The translations under genes and the position numbers were made by a program. The notes under the pieces were generated by a model. That model saw only the letters and a list, made by a program, of their open reading frames with translations. It was not told the DNA's origin and did not search any database. DNA of 64,000 nucleotides from Eledone cirrhosa (taxonomy: Eukaryota), in NCBI GenBank assembly GCA_964016885.1, contig OZ024760.1, positions 25,234,001 to 25,298,000 on the forward strand, written 5' to 3'. Shown here piece by piece: positions 35,200 to 49,413 of the stretch (position 1 is the stretch's first letter; every line of letters starts with the position of its first letter).

Positions 35200-36335
35200 A
35201 AGGTGTAAAAGCCATGTGTGCTCTCTTGTCTTCTTTATGCCTGCGAGACCTGGGTCACATATCGACACCACCTTAAGCAATTGGAGCGTTTCCATCAGAT
35301 GTGTCTCAGACGGATCCATGGCGTTCACTGGAGGGACCACATCAGTGATGTCGAGATTTTGGAAAGCTCTATGTGTGACAGTATAGAAGCTCTTTTGCTT
35401 AAGCAACGACTCCGTTGGAGTGGTCACCTTGCCAGGATGAAGGATTCTAGAATACCAAAACAACTCTTTTATGGAGAGTTGGTTAAAGGAAAACGACCGC
35501 CACATAAACCAAAAAAGAGGTATAAGGATTCCTTGAAAGCCTCTTTGAAAGACGCTAACATCTCCGCTGATACATGGGAAAATATTGCTGCTGAACGTAA
35601 TAAATGGAGAAAGACTGTATATGAGGGAAAAGTTGCCTTTGAGGCATCTCGAATCGCATACGAGAAAGTAAAGCGGGATGTGAGGAAGGGAATTGCTGTG
35701 CACTTCTAGACGCCGAAGTTCCTCCCATGGTGCTGACATGCAGCGTCTGTGCGAGACTCTGCCTAAGCAAAGCTGGACACGAAAGTCATCTTCGCAGTCA
35801 TAAAGTAAGACCAGTAGTTGACTACCAGGTTGCTGTTGGAGATGCTACTCATCATGCTTGCCAAGCATGTAGTAGAGAATGTAAATCAGAAGGAGGGCTC
35901 AAACGACATGCAAAAGTACATGAAGTCCAACCACAGCAGACTATTCACACTGAATGTTTTGGTTGCCGACTCTGTGCAAGACATTTTAGATCATTGGCTA
36001 CGCTAAAAAGCCACATTCGATCGCAGCGCTGTTAGTTACTATCGTGTGTGTGTGTGTGTGTGTATGGATATGTTTGTGTGTGTGCGTGTATGTGTATATA
36101 TATATGTATAAGTATATTATTATTGTTGTTGTCGTTATTATTAGTGTTGTTATTATTATTATTATTATTATTGTTATTAATGTATATGTGTGTGTGTATA
36201 TATATATATGTGTGTATATGTGTATATGTATGTGTGTATATATATATATATTTCTTTTTTTTTATTTATTTTTTTTTTTTTTTTTTTTCTCCTCGTGCAA
36301 TGGCCATACTCGATAACGAGGGGGAAGCCATTATG
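35200..36335 (+). pseudogene. RTE-clade LINE 3' portion: RT C-terminus followed (after a frameshift) by three C2H2-type zinc fingers
   Basis: LLYACETW..LERFHQMCLRRI..W.D.IS..RLRWSGHLARMKDSRIPKQLFYGEL..R..PKKRYKD; then CSVC..HLRSH, CQAC..HAKVH, CRLC..HIRS. Confidence 0.88.
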
Positions 36336-36582
36336 TATCTATGTGTGTAGTGTATGTAGTGTATGTATTTATGTATGTAGTGTAGTGTATGTATGTATGT
36401 ATGTGTGTAGTGTTTGTACCAGAGTTTTCAAGTCGCTGGCTGGATTAAAAAGTCACACCCGTTCAGCGCATCGGTAGGGGTCCTCCGACATGGATATAAA
36501 GTTGTGGCCGTACTCGAAAACGAGTTGGCAGCCACCATATTTATATATATATATATATGTATGCATGTATATTTATATATAC

Positions 36583-36627
<45 letters not shown>

Positions 36628-36630
<3 letters not shown>

Positions 36631-36835
36631 CTAAGTGGTTAAAGAATTGGATTCGCAATCATGAGGTTGTGAGTTCGATCCTCGGACAGGGAGATGTTAT
36701 GTCCTTGAGCAAGACACTTTACGTCACGTAACTCCTTCTCTCTGGATTTGTGACTGGTAGATAGTATTAGGAATTGAAAACATCAATCGAAACATTGTTT
36801 CCTTGGTCCGTCTTGACGAGGTCTGAGATCTTAGT
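36628..36835 (+). mobile_element. Second tRNA-derived SINE family (related split pieces at 22615-22677, 23425-23570 and 23590-23652 on -)
   Basis: ctaagtggttaa..gagttcgatcc (A/B boxes) followed by gtccttgagcaagacacttt. Confidence 0.65.
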
Positions 36836-36869
36836 GATCGAATGTCGATATATATATATAGATATATAT

Positions 36870-36926
<57 letters not shown>

Positions 36927-37106
36927 TATATAGTAATAAGAACATTTATATTTATATATGTTTAATACAATTATAAATATGGAGGGTAGTACTACGTACT
37001 AGCCAGTTACCGGTATGACAAAAGGCTCAATGTAAATTATCGAGTTTTATACAGAGCCGAGATACAAAGTGTTAAAATGATCAAATTTTAGTTTAGGACA
37101 TTTATT

Positions 37107-37153
37107 TGGTGACAATTGTTTCTTCCAGGGAGAGGACTGGAATCATCGGAGCA
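37107..37153 (-). ncRNA. Degenerate HHR, probably in the pLTR downstream of the 38.6-39.5 kb Naiad relic
   Basis: tgct-CCGATGA-ttccag(tcctctcc)ctggaa-GAAA-caattg-TC-acca; one core substitution and one stem I mismatch. Confidence 0.55.
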
Positions 37154-38138
37154 TAAGGAATGTCAAAACATTTGACTAAAATCCTAGTCATTTAGAACAT
37201 TTAGGGTACATAAGTGTTGTTAGTGTCAAAGGCATCATGTGGAGAGTCAGGAGTTAAAAAGATGTTCTGTTTCAGAGAACACATGTACAAGCAGCACTGG
37301 TTGAAAGTGTAAGAGGTATAAGGAAAAAGTACAGGCAAAAAAGTTACAAGCAAGGAAAAATATGGGATAGGATAGACATAAGATATAAGATATAATATCT
37401 TAACATTGGAGAACAGTTAATGTTATGGGTGGACAATGCAGGAGTCAATACAGTCAATGAGGAAAGAGTTATAATGCAGTTGAAATAAACATATTTTGTG
37501 TGGGGTGTTAAAGCATGGTATAATTGTTAGAAATGTTTAAGATAGCGTGAAATTTGTTAGAGAGGCATGTGGTGATAATGTAGGTATATGTTATGTGAGG
37601 TGTAATGCAAAGCACGTGATAGAATTGGATAGGTGATTTTCACTCAAGTGTTTTTGTGTTGTAGTTCGTATGTATCTGTACATGTTGTTTGTAACTCACA
37701 TCTATTAACCATGGAATTATTTTAAGTCGTTTATAGTCAATAGGTGTGTGTTTGTTAAACGTAAATTCCACCGAATTACAGGCCATGTTGTTATAGTAGG
37801 TATATTATATTATGCATTTTTATCTACAAATTATCTTTTCTAGGGTTTGTATTAACCGTTATTAAGTTGTTGGTAAACCGTTAGGTTGCTTAATTTTATG
37901 AGTTTACACAGGAAGTTGTAAAGGAGGTAAATAAGGTTGTTAATAAATTAATGGTTGTTTTATTATTGTAGTAGTGTTATGAATTAATCTTTATAGAGCA
38001 TATAAAATATTATTATTGGTTATTAATTATATAATTGTTATCCTTTCAACTTGTATGAAGGGAGTTAAAAACATTTTTTTTTAAATTTATTATAACTAGA
38101 TAGTTTTTACAGTTATATATGTATATATAATATAAGAT

Positions 38139-38225
<87 letters not shown>

Positions 38226-38599
38226 ACAATATATATATATATATACAGATTGTGCAGAGAGAGTTGAAGTTTTTTATGACAGGATAGGGAGTTGCATAAT
38301 ATATACTGGAGTAATTGGTGTTATATACACAGTTGTCTGCTGTTTAGTTGGTGTTGTATATTGAGAGTATATTAGAGTGTCTATATTATTTAATTATTTT
38401 AATTGTATAAGGTGAGAGATCAAACAAGGGGTTTATTGACTAAGGAGAAATGTCGGACAGTATATAAGTTAGTGTGGTCTTTTAATTAAGGTGTATTCCT
38501 ATATTTACGAAGATCTAATTGGATAAATTTAAAGGTGATGGTCTAGTATTATCTCCGACATTGGTTTTTGTTTTTATTATTATTATTATTATTAGTTAC

Positions 38600-39480
38600 T
38601 AGGTTTGAAGTAGTGGAACGAGAATCTATGGTAATGTGGACACGTGTAGAATATCTCTGATTTGATTTCCTATTTAGTAGGCTAAGGTTAGAGTGAATAA
38701 TATTTTTAGACTCAACGAGACAAAGGTCACAAAATGTGTTAGGTGGTTTATATGAAGGGGCCTTAGCTATCACTTCCCATTTTAAGATGTATGGTATGTT
38801 ACTTGATTTTAATTAGTGTATGTGGATAGTGAGGTTGCGTTGCTAAGTTTAGGGTTTCTGAACGAATGAAGGTGTGAATTATATCTGGTCTTAAAGCTAT
38901 TCGATGTTGAGCCTATATATACTTTCGAGATGTGATTAGCGGTTACAGTACCAGAGTAGACAATGTCTTTAATTAGGCAGTTCCTATTTAGTGGGCATGT
39001 CTTATTAGGCCTACAATTACAATTGTTTTGGTAACTAGTATACTGGTTAAGGGGGTATGCATTTGCGTGGTTGTTTCTGTTTCTACTTCTAGTATTATGA
39101 TTATTATTGGTATTATTAGTATGACTTGCTGTATGGTCCTGTACTGTGTTATTGTTCAGGTTATTTATGTGCTGGAAATTATTACTTTGGTGTAATCTGA
39201 AGTACTTTTTAATCTTTCACTTATTGGTGCTGGATATGTGGTCTGTTATGTTAGGTGTGGTGGAGTAGGAGATGTTAATGGTATTATAGTTAAATAGGTT
39301 GAGGTATTTATGGTTAATTGGGAAGTTTATGTCTAGAGTAGAGAAGAAAGCTTTAGGTATGTTTGTTGATACATTTAAGTTGAACGGAGGATTAAAAAAT
39401 GTGTTACTTCTTCTATTCTTCTTATGGTTGTTATTCATATTATTGTTTTGTGTGGTGTTAGGTACCTTATTATCTATATT
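38600..39480 (-). pseudogene. Second Naiad-type PLE relic (linker plus GIY-YIG)
   Basis: FFNPPFNLNVSTNI..F..H..LFN..ISYS; CNCRPNKTCPLNRNCLIKDIVYSGTV..VYIGSTSNSFKTRYNSH; CDLCLVES..LLNRKS; stops and frameshifts. Confidence 0.85.
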
Positions 39481-39840
39481 TTACTTTCTGTGGTTTTTCC
39501 TAGGATTATTGCTGTGGTGTGAGTTAACTCTTTTGATGTACAGGAGTCGGAATTTTCAATACTATGATTATATTTAATTTTATTCATGGCCATGTTATGT
39601 GAAATTATATTAGGTTGTCTATGGGAAGTTGACGATTGAGGTTTAAATTTAATTTTATCTCTATGGCTGGAAGGAGTTAAGGTTTCATTATAGTATTGGG
39701 AATTCTGACTCTTTTCCTATTACCCACTCTACTACTCTAAGTATTGAGTTGTCTGGTGCGTTATGGTCCATCTGGTACCTTAACACATACTCTTTATATA
39801 TATATATATATACATATGTGTGGGTGTATGTGTGTATGTG

Positions 39841-39875
<35 letters not shown>

Positions 39876-40214
39876 GTTGTGATGCGATGCGATACTAGAA
39901 AACAGAACTACCCACAATTGTTTACGAGAACATGACTTACATAGAATTTGTTAAACAACAACAGCAGCAACAACATCAATTAATCACAAACGTTCGATAT
40001 GTCAACACAGTAAAAGTCAATAGAAACCATTCAAACAGAAGCTATAATATATACCAATTATCGATTTAAAGAGGTAAGATCAAATATCGATTCTCCATAG
40101 ACACAAAAGAGAAAAAGTTTTGATAAATAATAAAACACACAGAAAATTAGCTACAGAATTGTTGGAAAGAAAGACATTGCCCTTATATGTTGTGGTCATT
40201 ACTTAAAGTGTAAG

Positions 40215-40598
40215 GGCAGTGGATTGGCAGTATCGGTAGAGCGTCGGACACTATGCTTTGCAGCATAGAGTTACTGCCCTTTACAGTCTGAGTTCAAATC
40301 CCGCTGAGGTTAACTTTGCCTTTCAACCTTACGGGGTCGATAAAATAAAGCACCAATAATGTACTGGAGTCGATTTAATCGACTTTCCCCTCCCCCAAAA
40401 TTACTGGCCTAGTAGCTATACCAGAAATCATTAGGGTCGGACGCCATGCTTTGACGCATAGAGTTACGACCCTTGCCATTCTGAGTTCAAATCCGTCGAG
40501 GTTAACTTTGCCTTTCATCCTTACGGGGTCGATAAAATAAAGTACCAGTAATGTACTGGGATAATTGCTGGCCTTGTGCCAAAAATAGAAACAATTAT
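40215..40598 (+). mobile_element. Two tandem SINE copies
   Basis: A/B boxes and core occur twice (40215-40430, 40433-40598). Confidence 0.8.
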
Positions 40599-40813
40599 TT
40601 AAGGTGTAAGAATGGCTGCAGGGTGCTTGTGTATAGGGGGGTAGGGTGTATGTGGTGTAGGGTGTCAGGGGTGTCTGTAGGGTGTGTGAGTGATATGTGT
40701 TTTGTTTGTTTGCTTCTGTATTTGTATATTGCTGTTTGCCGTGTCGGGTATTCTGTTTGTCTTTGGTCGTTTTAATCTCAAACAATAAACAGTTTTTATG
40801 AAATTCTTATATG

Positions 40814-40905
<92 letters not shown>

Positions 40906-41093
40906 GTGTGGTGACATATATATAGATATGTTTATATTTATTTATATATATATATATTATATATGTGTAAATATATATATATAGTATTTCTATATATATA
41001 TATATATTTACATATATATATATAGACACACAAAAACAAGATGGCGTAGGACAGAACAAAGGAAAGGCACAAAAACAAAGAAAAGAATCCCCA

Positions 41094-41136
41094 GTCACTG
41101 AAGAGGTCAAAGAATGTGTGACGAAAGAACTTTGAC
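41094..41136 (+). ncRNA. Candidate HHR in a Neptune-like solo pLTR (~41020-41290)
   Basis: gtca-CTGAAGA-g-gtca..tgac-GAAA-gaac-TT-tgac; element end atgatcctcccaaagtataacac resembles 13200-13226. Confidence 0.5.
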
Positions 41137-41283
41137 AATATATAAACAACCATCTGGTTGTGGAACCACCCAACCAAGCGGAAATTTATAAATTCCTAAA
41201 TTTATAAATTTATTATAATAAATTGAAATGAAAGAACTGGTGCGTGTGTTTCTTATTGGCAACATGATCCTCCCAAAGTATAA

Positions 41284-41317
<34 letters not shown>

Positions 41318-41320
<3 letters not shown>

Positions 41321-41510
41321 GGAGGTGAGTTTTATTGTAGTACAATAAAGCAATGCAGATATCGGATAAGAAGCACTCTACAGTTTGTGGGACTGGAGTA
41401 TGCATAATATAAGATCAAAAGATGGTTAAAGGAGTTCAATATATTTTATTATGCGCATTTGAAATGCGCATAATAAAATATATTGAACTCCTTTAACCAT
41501 CTTTTGATCT

Positions 41511-41517
<7 letters not shown>
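41318..41517. mobile_element. Mini-foldback of the same family; perfect palindrome centred on the G of the HHR GAAA (41461)
   Basis: ..ttattatgcgcattt-g-aaatgcgcataataa.. with ~55-bp arms plus the family tail gtaggaggtgagttttattgtag. Confidence 0.8.
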
Positions 41518-41549
<32 letters not shown>

Positions 41550-41576
41550 TATATTTATATATATATATATATATAT

Positions 41577-43450
41577 GTAGGAGGTGAGTTTTATTGTAGC
41601 ACAATAAAGCAATGCAAATATAGGATAAGTAGCACTCCACTGTTTATAGGACTGGAGTATAAGTAATATAAGATGAAAAGAGGGTTAAAAGAGTTCCATG
41701 TATTTTATTATGCGCATTTCAAAAACAAATATCCTCATGGGATGATATTTGCGTTCTCATCAGATAAAATAGGAAGACATGATATTGAGAAAGAAAGTAG
41801 GAAAAGGTAAGGAAGAGGAAGAAAGAAAATAAAGGATGACGGGGGAGAAGTATAAGAAGGAAGGATGAGAGAGGAGGAGAAATGAGTGGTAGAGAGAGAG
41901 AAATAGTCTTTACAACTGAGAAAACATTGTCTCACAGAGATAAGTTAAAAACCATTGAAAGATAATAGATAATTTAAAAAGATTTTGAAATTAAAAGTTA
42001 ATGAGGTTTATGAAGGGTGATTTTTATGAATAAAGAAAAAGGAGTTAAGAATAGTATTTATTTAAGGTTTATATATTGAAGGGTTTAATAATATGTGCGA
42101 AAGAAAAGAATTTATTAATATGTATTATTTAAATAAAAATATTAAAGATATTAAGGATATAATATGAAAGAAGGAGAGATTGAATGAATTATGAACTTAG
42201 AGGAATTAGTTAGGGTTTAAGTTAGTTTTTATGTATTGTAATATGTAAAAGTATATAATAGGTTTAATACGAGCACGGAAGGAGGGAAGAAAGTAGAAAA
42301 TTTAAGGGAGAAAAAATATCTAACGTCAAAAAGTATATATGTTTATTTATAATATAATTGTTTCTACTTTAGGCACAAGGCCAGCAAATTACTAATACAT
42401 TACTGGTACTTTATTTTATCGACCCCGTAAGGATGAAAGGCAAAGTTAGCCTCGGCGGGATTTGAACTCAGATTGTAAAGGGACGTAACTATGCTAGAAA
42501 GCATGTTTATTTATAATATAATATAGTGAAAGTATATTTATTTATAATATAATTGTTTCTACTTTAGGCACAAGGTCAGCAATCACACCAGTGCATTACT
42601 GGTACTTTATTTTATCGACTCCGTAAAGATGAAAGGCAAAGTCAACCTCGGCGAGATTTGAACTCAGATCGTAAAGGGACGTAACTATGCTGGAAAGCAT
42701 GGCGTCCGACCCTCTACCGATACTGCCAATCCAATACTGAAATAAGGTTCCCCTCCTTCCGTGTTCGTAATAAACCTATTACTTTTACATATTACAATAC
42801 ATAAAAACTAACTTAAACCCTAACTAATTCCTCTAAGTTCATAATTAATTCAATCTCTCTTCATATTATATCCTTAATATCTTTAATATTTTTATTCTAA
42901 TAATACATATTAACAAATTCTTTTCTTTCACACATATTATTAAACCCTTCAATATATAAACCTTAAATAAATACTATTCGTAACTCCTTTTTCTTTAATC
43001 ATAAACATCACCATTCATAAACCTCATTAACTTTTAATTTCAAAATCTTTTTTAATTATCTATTATCTTTTAACGGTTTTTTAACTTATCTCTGTGAGAC
43101 AATGTTTTCTCAGTTGTAAAGGCTATTTCTCTCTCTCTATCACTCATTTCTCCTCCTCTCTCATCCTTCCTTCTTATACTCCTCCCCCGTCATCCTTTAT
43201 TTTCTTTCTTCCTCTTCCTTACATTTAACCTACCCTCCTCCTTTCTTTCGCAATCTCATATATCCATCTTACTTTATTTTTCATATGTTGATTTAACACT
43301 TCATTGCTCGCAAGTGTTTTTTCAGCTTCATGTCATGTCTCCTTATTTTATCTGATAAGAACGCAAATATCATCCAATGATGATATTTGTTTTTGAAATG
43401 CGCATAATAAAATACTTGGAACTCTTTTAACCATCTTTTCATCTTATATT
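41577..43450. mobile_element. Non-coding head-to-head pLTR-like foldback element with an HHR in each arm and SINEs in the spacer
   Basis: Inverted repeat ~41665-42287/42750-43450; intact HHR on - at 41701-41771 (tattttat-CTGATGA..GAAA-tgcgca-TA-ataaaata); mutated copy (CTGATAA) on + at ~43345-43413; tail 41577-41665. Confidence 0.8.
42355..42733 (-). mobile_element. Two tandem SINE copies in the spacer of the 41.6-43.4 kb foldback
   Basis: Reverse complement of 28-208. Confidence 0.8.
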
Positions 43451-43464
43451 ATATATATATATAT

Positions 43465-43730
<266 letters not shown>

Positions 43731-43767
43731 TTCTGTATATATATATATATGTTTATATATATATGTT

Positions 43768-43814
<47 letters not shown>

Positions 43815-43818
<4 letters not shown>

Positions 43819-44200
43819 ATTGACCTTTGGGGTGCTTCAACTTTCATGATACTTTGTTTCGTGTGAGATGACCACAGTGGACAACAGTATTCAAGGTGGG
43901 GTCGGGCAGAAGTGGAGAAGAGAAGGACAACAGTGTGGATATCTCTCGACTGGGAAGTTCTAGGAATCCAGGAACACATTCTGCGGGCCATATCAACTTT
44001 GCTGTTTATATGAGTGGCTCAGCTTATGTTGTTGTCCACAATTACTCCCAGGTTTCTGATATTATTGGATGCCACTAGAGTTTCAGCCGAAGGATGAGAG
44101 TATGTTGGTTTCAGGGCATCCTTTTTCCAAAGTTGATTATGTTTATATATGTATATATATATAAACTCATATTTGTACTGCCTCTCTGTTTTTGTTCCTG
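43815..44200 (-). pseudogene. CR1/L2-group LINE RT C-terminal fragment
   Basis: [37 protein letters not shown]. Confidence 0.75.
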
Positions 44201-44209
44201 TCTAAGAAG

Positions 44210-44291
<82 letters not shown>

Positions 44292-44900
44292 GTCAGGTCA
44301 CCAGTTGATGCTACTGGTAACATGTATCCCAGTACAACCTGTCTCATGGTCGGGTCGTTGGCGACTAAACTGGCAACCCCACCAAGGTTTATTGGTGAGG
44401 AGGGTGACTTTGGACATCCTGCAGGACTAAAAACAAAACCTGTCAAAGGGCAAAGGAGCTCTTAAGAGTCAATGACCATCCAAATTCACCGGGAGAGAAG
44501 ACCCCTTAGCCTTTCTCAAGGCAGAATTCTAGGAGAAGGAAAACTCTGATATAACACCTGCAACCCAGATGGTATCCAATGATGTTGACTTGTTCTTCTT
44601 TTTGGTAAATATCATCTTCGTTAAGAGAGTGGGACTGGCTTTGTGCAATTCCTTTGCTCACTATAAAAGCTTCACGGCACAGGCATTGCTTTATATCTGG
44701 AGATCTCTCTGCACTTGTCCTCACATGGTACCATGGGCCCAGCACTATGTGTCAGTAATTGTTACAAGTGTAGTGTTTGTACCAGAGTTTTCAAGTCGCT
44801 GGCTGGACTAAAAAGTCACACTCATTCAGCGCATCGGTAGGGGTTCTAGTACATGGATATAAAGTAGTGGCCGTACTCGAAAACGAGTTGGCAGCCACCA
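44292..44900 (+). mobile_element. ~610-bp non-autonomous RTE-derived element (full length)
   Basis: Colinear with 34574-35185; TA-flanked. Confidence 0.75.
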
Positions 44901-45293
44901 TATATATATGTGTGTGTGTGTGTATATGTGTATATATATGCATATTTAAGTAACAGCCGTACTAAGAGTGGGAAATGAAATTTCGTTTCATTTTTTCCGT
45001 TTATATATATATATGTGTATATATATATATATATGTATAAAAATTGCAAACTTGACTGTCACCACACATTATATATATATAGATTGGGAAACCATGAAAG
45101 TACTTGTTCAATTAACACTTAATATTTAATATTCTATCATACTATTTCATTATAATACCATTATAAATTTTAAAGGATTGTAAATAAAACGAGTAAATCA
45201 GAGAAAGTTGGAATTCCTGTTATTAATATAATCTTCTATACAGAATCATACACACCCGTGTATATTTATCTATCTATATATATATATATATGC

Positions 45294-45347
<54 letters not shown>

Positions 45348-45374
45348 TTATATGTATATATATATATATATAGG

Positions 45375-45424
<50 letters not shown>

Positions 45425-45690
45425 AAAGAATAGAGGTGTAACACACAAGTTATTGTATATTGGTAAACGGAATAGAAAATGCTGACAAATTGTTCACAGT
45501 TGAAAAATGGTTTAATTAGGAATAAAAGAGTATTAGTGATTGTATGGGTTAGTATTTAGTTGTGGTTTTAAGTTTTTAACTTTTTACCGGTTGCGCATTT
45601 CTAAATGCTTTTCAAAAATAATTTTGAGATAGAGTGTCCGTGCTGTTTGCTCTGATCAGAGCAATATATATATATATGTATATATATATG

Positions 45691-45755
<65 letters not shown>

Positions 45756-45761
<6 letters not shown>

Positions 45762-46410
45762 TATGAAGAGAGAAGAAACATTTAGATATAATTAGTAATA
45801 AAATGTATCATACCTAAACTGTTCCTAAATTCCTCGACTACGTAGTTTCGTGGCATAAACAAAAACAATATATCAAAGATATAGAGTCCTTGCGAGGTCT
45901 GCCGACTTATCAAGAGGATACCTCATTTTACTAGTCTCAAGAACGCGTCTACACGACGTGAGAAAGAATCCCAAAAGGCGGAGGGGGAGATAGTCACGCG
46001 ATATAACGGTCGAGAAACAGAGCTCTGTTTCTCGACCGTTATATCGCGTGACTATCTCCCCCTCCGCCTTTTGGGATTCTTTCTCACGTCGTGTAGACGC
46101 GTTCTTGAGACTAGTAAAATGAGGTATCCTCTTGATAAGTCGGCAGACCTCGCAAGGACTCTATATCTTTGATATATTGTTTTTGTTTATGCCACGAAAC
46201 TACGTAGTCGAGGAATTTAGGAACAGTTTAGGTATGATACATTTTATTACTAATTATATCTAAATGTTTCTTCTCTCTTCATAATGTATTTTTAACTCTG
46301 ATACTGGTTCAGTCTGGTTCAAACTGAATTGGTCTGTCCCAGTCATTCATTGAGCAACATCGGTGAAGTTGGCACCCTTAACTCACAGTTGGGTGCGGAT
46401 GCATTCATGT
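45756..46410. mobile_element. Perfect ~530-bp palindrome (centre 46022/46023) plus tail, with a degenerate HHR in each arm
   Basis: Arms 45756-46022/46023-46289; cctc-TTGATAA-gtcggca..tgccac-GAAA-ctacgtag-TC-gagg at 46128-46213. Confidence 0.75.
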
Positions 46411-46451
46411 ATATATGTGTGTGTCCGCGTGTATCTGTGTGTTTCTAAATG

Positions 46452-46484
<33 letters not shown>

Positions 46485-46485
46485 G

Positions 46486-46626
<141 letters not shown>

Positions 46627-46673
46627 GTATATATATGTATATATATATACATATATATACATATATATATATG

Positions 46674-46720
<47 letters not shown>

Positions 46721-46781
46721 GTATATATATATACATATATATATATATATGTATGTATATATATATACATATATATATATG

Positions 46782-46827
<46 letters not shown>

Positions 46828-47133
46828 CATATATATATATATGTATACAGAGTTCAAGAGTAACCAATCTTAAAGAGAGAGATGGAGATAGGAGAGGAGA
46901 TATGAGAGGAGAGATTGGTGAATAAGTTAGAAGCCAAAGCGTAAAGGCATGTTCTCAATGTGCAATATGCAGTAGAAAGCAGCTAGGTGGCTGGGTTTAT
47001 GAAGATTTTAGGTGCGCAGAGCTGGAAATATTCATTAGTTAAGCAAAGCAAGACCACAAATTTCACAAGAAAGATATTATTAAAAGATTGTCAACATATT
47101 TTAGTTTGATGTAAGGAAATAATAATAATGTCC

Positions 47134-47253
47134 GTTTACAATTGTTTCGCTACGCCATATAATATTTCTGGATCAGATGACTATATATCATAATTGATCT
47201 GGTTCAGTTGAAAATAATTAACATACTTAAAAGACAGAGCGGCTCATCGGAAC
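47134..47253 (-). ncRNA. Degenerate long-stem-II HHR in a pLTR-like relic (~46850-47440)
   Basis: gtt-CCGATGA-gc..gc-GAAA-caattg-TA-aac. Confidence 0.4.
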
Positions 47254-47764
47254 TTTAGAGGAATATAAATTAATATAATGAGAGAATGTTACATAATATA
47301 ATGTTCCATATATTGGTTTTTACTATGGTGTCTTGGTTGCATCAGTTGTCAGCGATAATCAAGAAGTATTCATCTGTCGAGGCTGCCTTGTGAGATCTGC
47401 CTATAGGCACATCTCACAGACATGTCGCAAAATCAGAGTATATATATATATATAAAAAAGGGGATGTGGTAAGGAACCAGGAGGACCATAACGCCCCAGA
47501 GTTCTCGATACTTAAGGTAGTAGAGTGGGTAATAGGAAAATAGTCAGGACCCCCCCACGGCTGAAAATCCGGCGGTTCGACAGCTAGATGCAAGCCCTTT
47601 AGAAAAGTTCGGATCTAGCTGTCGAAACGGCCGGAGCTCAGCCGTCGGGCTCCTGATTCTTTTTTCTATTGATACATATATAAATATATATATGTATGTA
47701 TGTATGTATGGAACCCATTTGCAACCACGCTGTACGTTTATTCTTTTAAATATATATATATATA

Positions 47765-47874
<110 letters not shown>

Positions 47875-48067
47875 GTGCTTGATTGTATGAAGTAGATTTC
47901 CACATACTAAACAAATCTTTGACTGCTTCAGGAAAAGAAGAATTAAATAAAATTGTTTATTGAAGACTGCTTCACAGAATTGAATTTCGTTTCAAACATT
48001 CTGGCTTTTTTTTTTTCTGAAGCCAAATAATGAAATCAGTTTTATGTGTGAATATATATTATTTCGT

Positions 48068-48195
48068 TGAGAGAGAGAGAGAGAATAGCAGAGCGTATGA
48101 GAGAGGGGGAGAGGTAGAGAGAGTTAGATAGAGAGAGAGGGAGTTAGAATTAGAGAAAGAGAAATAAGTAGATAGAGATAGAGAGAGGGAGAAAG

Positions 48196-48246
<51 letters not shown>

Positions 48247-49121
48247 GAGAAAGATAGAGGAAGAAGAAAGAGATAGATAGATGGAGGGAAAGAGAGAGAG
48301 GGGGAGAAAAAGATAGAGAGATAGAGAAAAAGAGAGAGAGGGGGAGAATGAGATAGATAGATAGATGGAGAGAGAGTGGGAGAGAAAGATAGAGAGAAAG
48401 AGAGAGAGGGGGAGAATGAGATAGATAGATAGATGGAGAGAGAGTGGGAGAGAAAGAGATAGATATATAGAGAGAAAGAGGGGCGGGGAGAAAGAGATAT
48501 ATAGATAGAGAGGGAGAAAGAAATAGATAGATTTATAGAGAGAGAGGGAGAGAGATATATTGCTAGAAATAGAGAGTGAAAGAACATAAGGATGTAAGGA
48601 TATAAGGAGTGTGAGAAGAAAAAGATGAGGACGAGAATAACGAAGTAGAGTATGTTGGTGATGATGGTGATGTTGGTGATGTTGATGGTGATGATGTTGT
48701 TGATGGTGATGATGGTATATGATGGTGATGATGAGCATGGTGATGAAGTTGTTGGCGATGATGGTGATGGTGTTGATGGGGATAATGATGATGATGTTGA
48801 TGGTGATGATGGTATTTGATGGTGATGATGCTGATGAGCATGGTGATGAAGTTGATGGTGATGATGGTGATGGTGTTGATGGGGATAATGATGATGTTGA
48901 TGGGGATAATGATGATGATGTTGATGGTGATGAATGTGTTGATGGTGATGATGATGATGATGTTGATGGTAATGAAGTTGTTGGCGATGATGGTGATAAT
49001 GATGATGGTGATGGTGATGATGTTGTTGGCGATGATGTTGATGATGATGATAATGGTGATGATAATGATAGTGATGATGAGATTAATGCGATGATGATGA
49101 TGGCAATGATAGTAAATTCGG

Positions 49122-49156
<35 letters not shown>

Positions 49157-49160
49157 ACGA
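48068..49160. repeat. (GA/GATA)n then (GAT/GGT)n low-complexity tract
   Basis: Simple repeats. Confidence 0.9.
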
Positions 49161-49413
49161 TGAATATACGAGGTTGGTAGTAAATTATACTTAGCTAGAA
49201 ACCCATGACACCCGCCCCCAATTCTTTTGTAGAAACTTTACACCATGGTTGGATTCAGACCTTATGGGACCCTGGGCTCTTCAGGTTTAAGGAGCTCCTC
49301 ATACACACAAAATTAAAATACTCAACCACCCAGCCCCCTAATTTATATATCAAAGGTTAGCTTGGTGCAAGTAATTTGAATTGTAAAGTTATTAAAGGTA
49401 TTACAGGTTATCT

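Noticed and set aside
49165-49205. Possible mariner TIR fragment (tacgaggttggtagtaaatt)
   Set aside because: Single short match with no partner or transposase sequence
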